From positions 25,078,841-25,140,316 of the forward strand of contig NC_068985.1 in NCBI RefSeq assembly GCF_001194135.2: a DNA stretch of 61,476 nt, given 5' to 3'. The stretch is from Octopus bimaculoides. Its lineage: Eukaryota. Positions 1 through 61,476 of the stretch are shown piece after piece. Below the pieces are notes generated by a model that worked only from the letters and a program-made list of their open reading frames with translations, was not told where the DNA came from and did not search any database. Numbering within the stretch: position 1 is the stretch's first letter; each line of letters begins with the position of its first letter. Made by a program: the position numbers and the translations under genes.

Positions 1-1074
1 GCTGGAACTCAGCTCTGGGATCTCGTTTCCTCTCCGGAACACCAGCTCACCCGATCTGTCTTTTTGTAGTTTCAGCCCCAGCGCAGCTCCCCCCACCATC
101 GACTCAGGCGGCTTCGCAATCAGCCCGAACCTACCCAGGTGTCTCACTACCTCGGTGGCTGGCATTACAGTCTCGTCAACCAAAATGTCGTCGATGTAGG
201 AACTGGTAGCCTTCCTTATCTTCTCCTCTTTCCCTAGGATAGACTTGAGCACCGTTGCCATAATTTTCGGAGCGGAATTCAGCCCGAAACCCAGCCTGGT
301 TAAACAGTACGTCCGGCCCTTGTACCGCACCAGCTGGTATCGCCACAGCTTGTCACTCACACGGAGCTGCAAATATGTCGACTTCAAGTCGACGATCGTC
401 GCTGCCATCTAACACCACCCATCTAACAGTTCCCAGTTTAACAAAGGCAGCGTAATCGTTCTCCGTGTACGCTTCTCTCAATCTCTGTTCGATCTTCTCC
501 GCATTTAACCTCTCTTCCTCGTCCATTTCTAAATACAGGGTCAGGGCACTCCCTTCCAAGTATAGCGCCATGAGACTCGCCACATCACTTATCCCTTGCA
601 GTTTCGCCACAAGCCTGATCTTTCGCATCCAGGCCATTACATCTCCCTCACCATTAAAAGGCCTGATCACGTCACTGGCGATTCTAATCTTGGCTGCCAT
701 TGCGGCGAATTTCTACATGTGGAGCCGAAATAGCTTGTAGTGTATGTGTGCGAGTAGATGTAATCGACTTACCTCGGTTTTCCTTCCTCGTCTGCGAGTC
801 TGTCTTGCGGTATCCGATCCTCACGGCTCGCCCCGACCTGAAGAACACTAGGAATAGCAGCTGCTTCTCCCAAACCTAGACGATCGCTTTGCACGTCCTC
901 TCCTGACAACAACCCCGTTCGAAAAGGGCACGAAATCCCGATCGAGGCTCCCTCTGCCCTTCTTCCTCTTGGGGTCAACTCGCCCTTCTTGTCAGCTCCC
1001 CAGTCACTGATGTCATACCACAGTCTGGACCTAATTACTGAAGCTGTAAGGTCTTGATTCAAGGCCTTGCTACA
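1..1074 (-). mobile_element. Internally deleted Gypsy/Ty3-type LTR retrotransposon (5' LTR, gag N-terminus, RT core)
   Basis: LTR 736-1074 bounded by TGTAG...CTACA. gag-like ORF from 700 (FNGEGDVMAWMRKIRLVAKLQGI..LYLEGSAL). RT on minus strand 1-405 reads IVDLKSTYLQL..RLGFGLNSAP..YIDDILV. Confidence 0.88.
736..1074 (-). repeat. LTR (about 339 bp) of the Gypsy element
   Basis: 5-bp terminal inverted repeats tgtag/ctaca; GC-rich relative to flank; directly upstream of gag ATG. Confidence 0.72.
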
Positions 1075-1368
1075 CACCTTTATGAATTCAAATACTGTAT
1101 ATCTAGGACAGCTTTACCTGTTGCCGCCTTAATTTTTAAAAAAATGATAGGTATGGTGTGATTTGTGTGAGTCTTGGTTGCTTTTTCTAGCAGGCTGAAT
1201 GATTATGTAGAGGCTCCCTTGTTGACTCAATACTGTTAATTTTTTGTAGAAAGGTATGAATATTAAAATATTCCATATTCTCACATTCTAGAAATATTGT
1301 GTGCTTATGTCTAGTTAACTGAAACTAATGTTTTTTTTCTCATTCTCTTATTGTTGTTGTTTCAATAG

Positions 1369-60906
<59,538 letters not shown>

Positions 60907-61418
60907 GTAAGTAAAAACTACAATCTGCAACTATTAAAGTGACTGAGCATAATTTAATCATGCTGAGTATTACAAAACTCATCATCTCCTTCATCTCACT
61001 CTCCATTTCTATATATTATTCTTTTTTTTCTTTACCTCTTTTTCTTACAGAAACACACACATTCAGTATTTCTCTCTTTTTAAACTACCATTGTCATAAT
61101 AATAATATTCATTTTTAATGCTTGTGTTTAAAACCTATATCATATTGGAAATAGAAACTCAGACAGTACACACCAAGTTCTCAATAGTATAGCACAAGTA
61201 CTAAATTTTCTACAGATTTTTACTTTGGTAATACTTTCTGAGAGTTTTTTTTTTAACTCTATGGTCCTTATTACCAAGAATGAATTATTTATACTGATAT
61301 ATAAAAAGCTATGATTAACAGACAAGTTTGTACTAATTTGCATATTGGTTTGACTGCTGTTAAGAAATTACTAATGCACCTCCTCTTTGCCATGTTATCT
61401 TATTCATGTTATTTGTGT

Positions 61419-61476
<58 letters not shown>

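Noticed and set aside
769-1077. 102-aa ORF upstream of gag
   Set aside because: Lies within the LTR; no recognisable domain

Overview
AT-rich, gapped animal genomic DNA saturated with microsatellites, SINEs and decayed transposons; the repeat families suggest an octopus/coleoid cephalopod genome (inference). I reconstructed by hand one large + strand gene spanning the window: 26 exons (1369-60906), all with AG/GT boundaries and compatible intron phases. It has about 1,100 aa of unique sequence plus a large repeat exon, and both ends lie outside the window. It encodes a heavily N-glycosylated otoancorin/stereocilin/mesothelin-family protein with three unusual features: (i) a coding higher-order Arg/Ser/Asn/Thr/Pro minisatellite in exon 5; (ii) a furin-type RIKR site; (iii) four tandem copies of a three-exon, ~120-aa Cys-paired module, extending past the point where vertebrate stereocilin ends. 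The introns contain a deleted Gypsy LTR element, mariner/Tc1, hAT and piggyBac-like MITEs, RTE, R4/Dong and CRE-type LINE fragments, a Penelope fragment, and four minimal hammerhead-ribozyme-like motifs. One of these has a compensatory G3:C8 core swap. All assignments come from manual reading and recalled family motifs; no database search was run.
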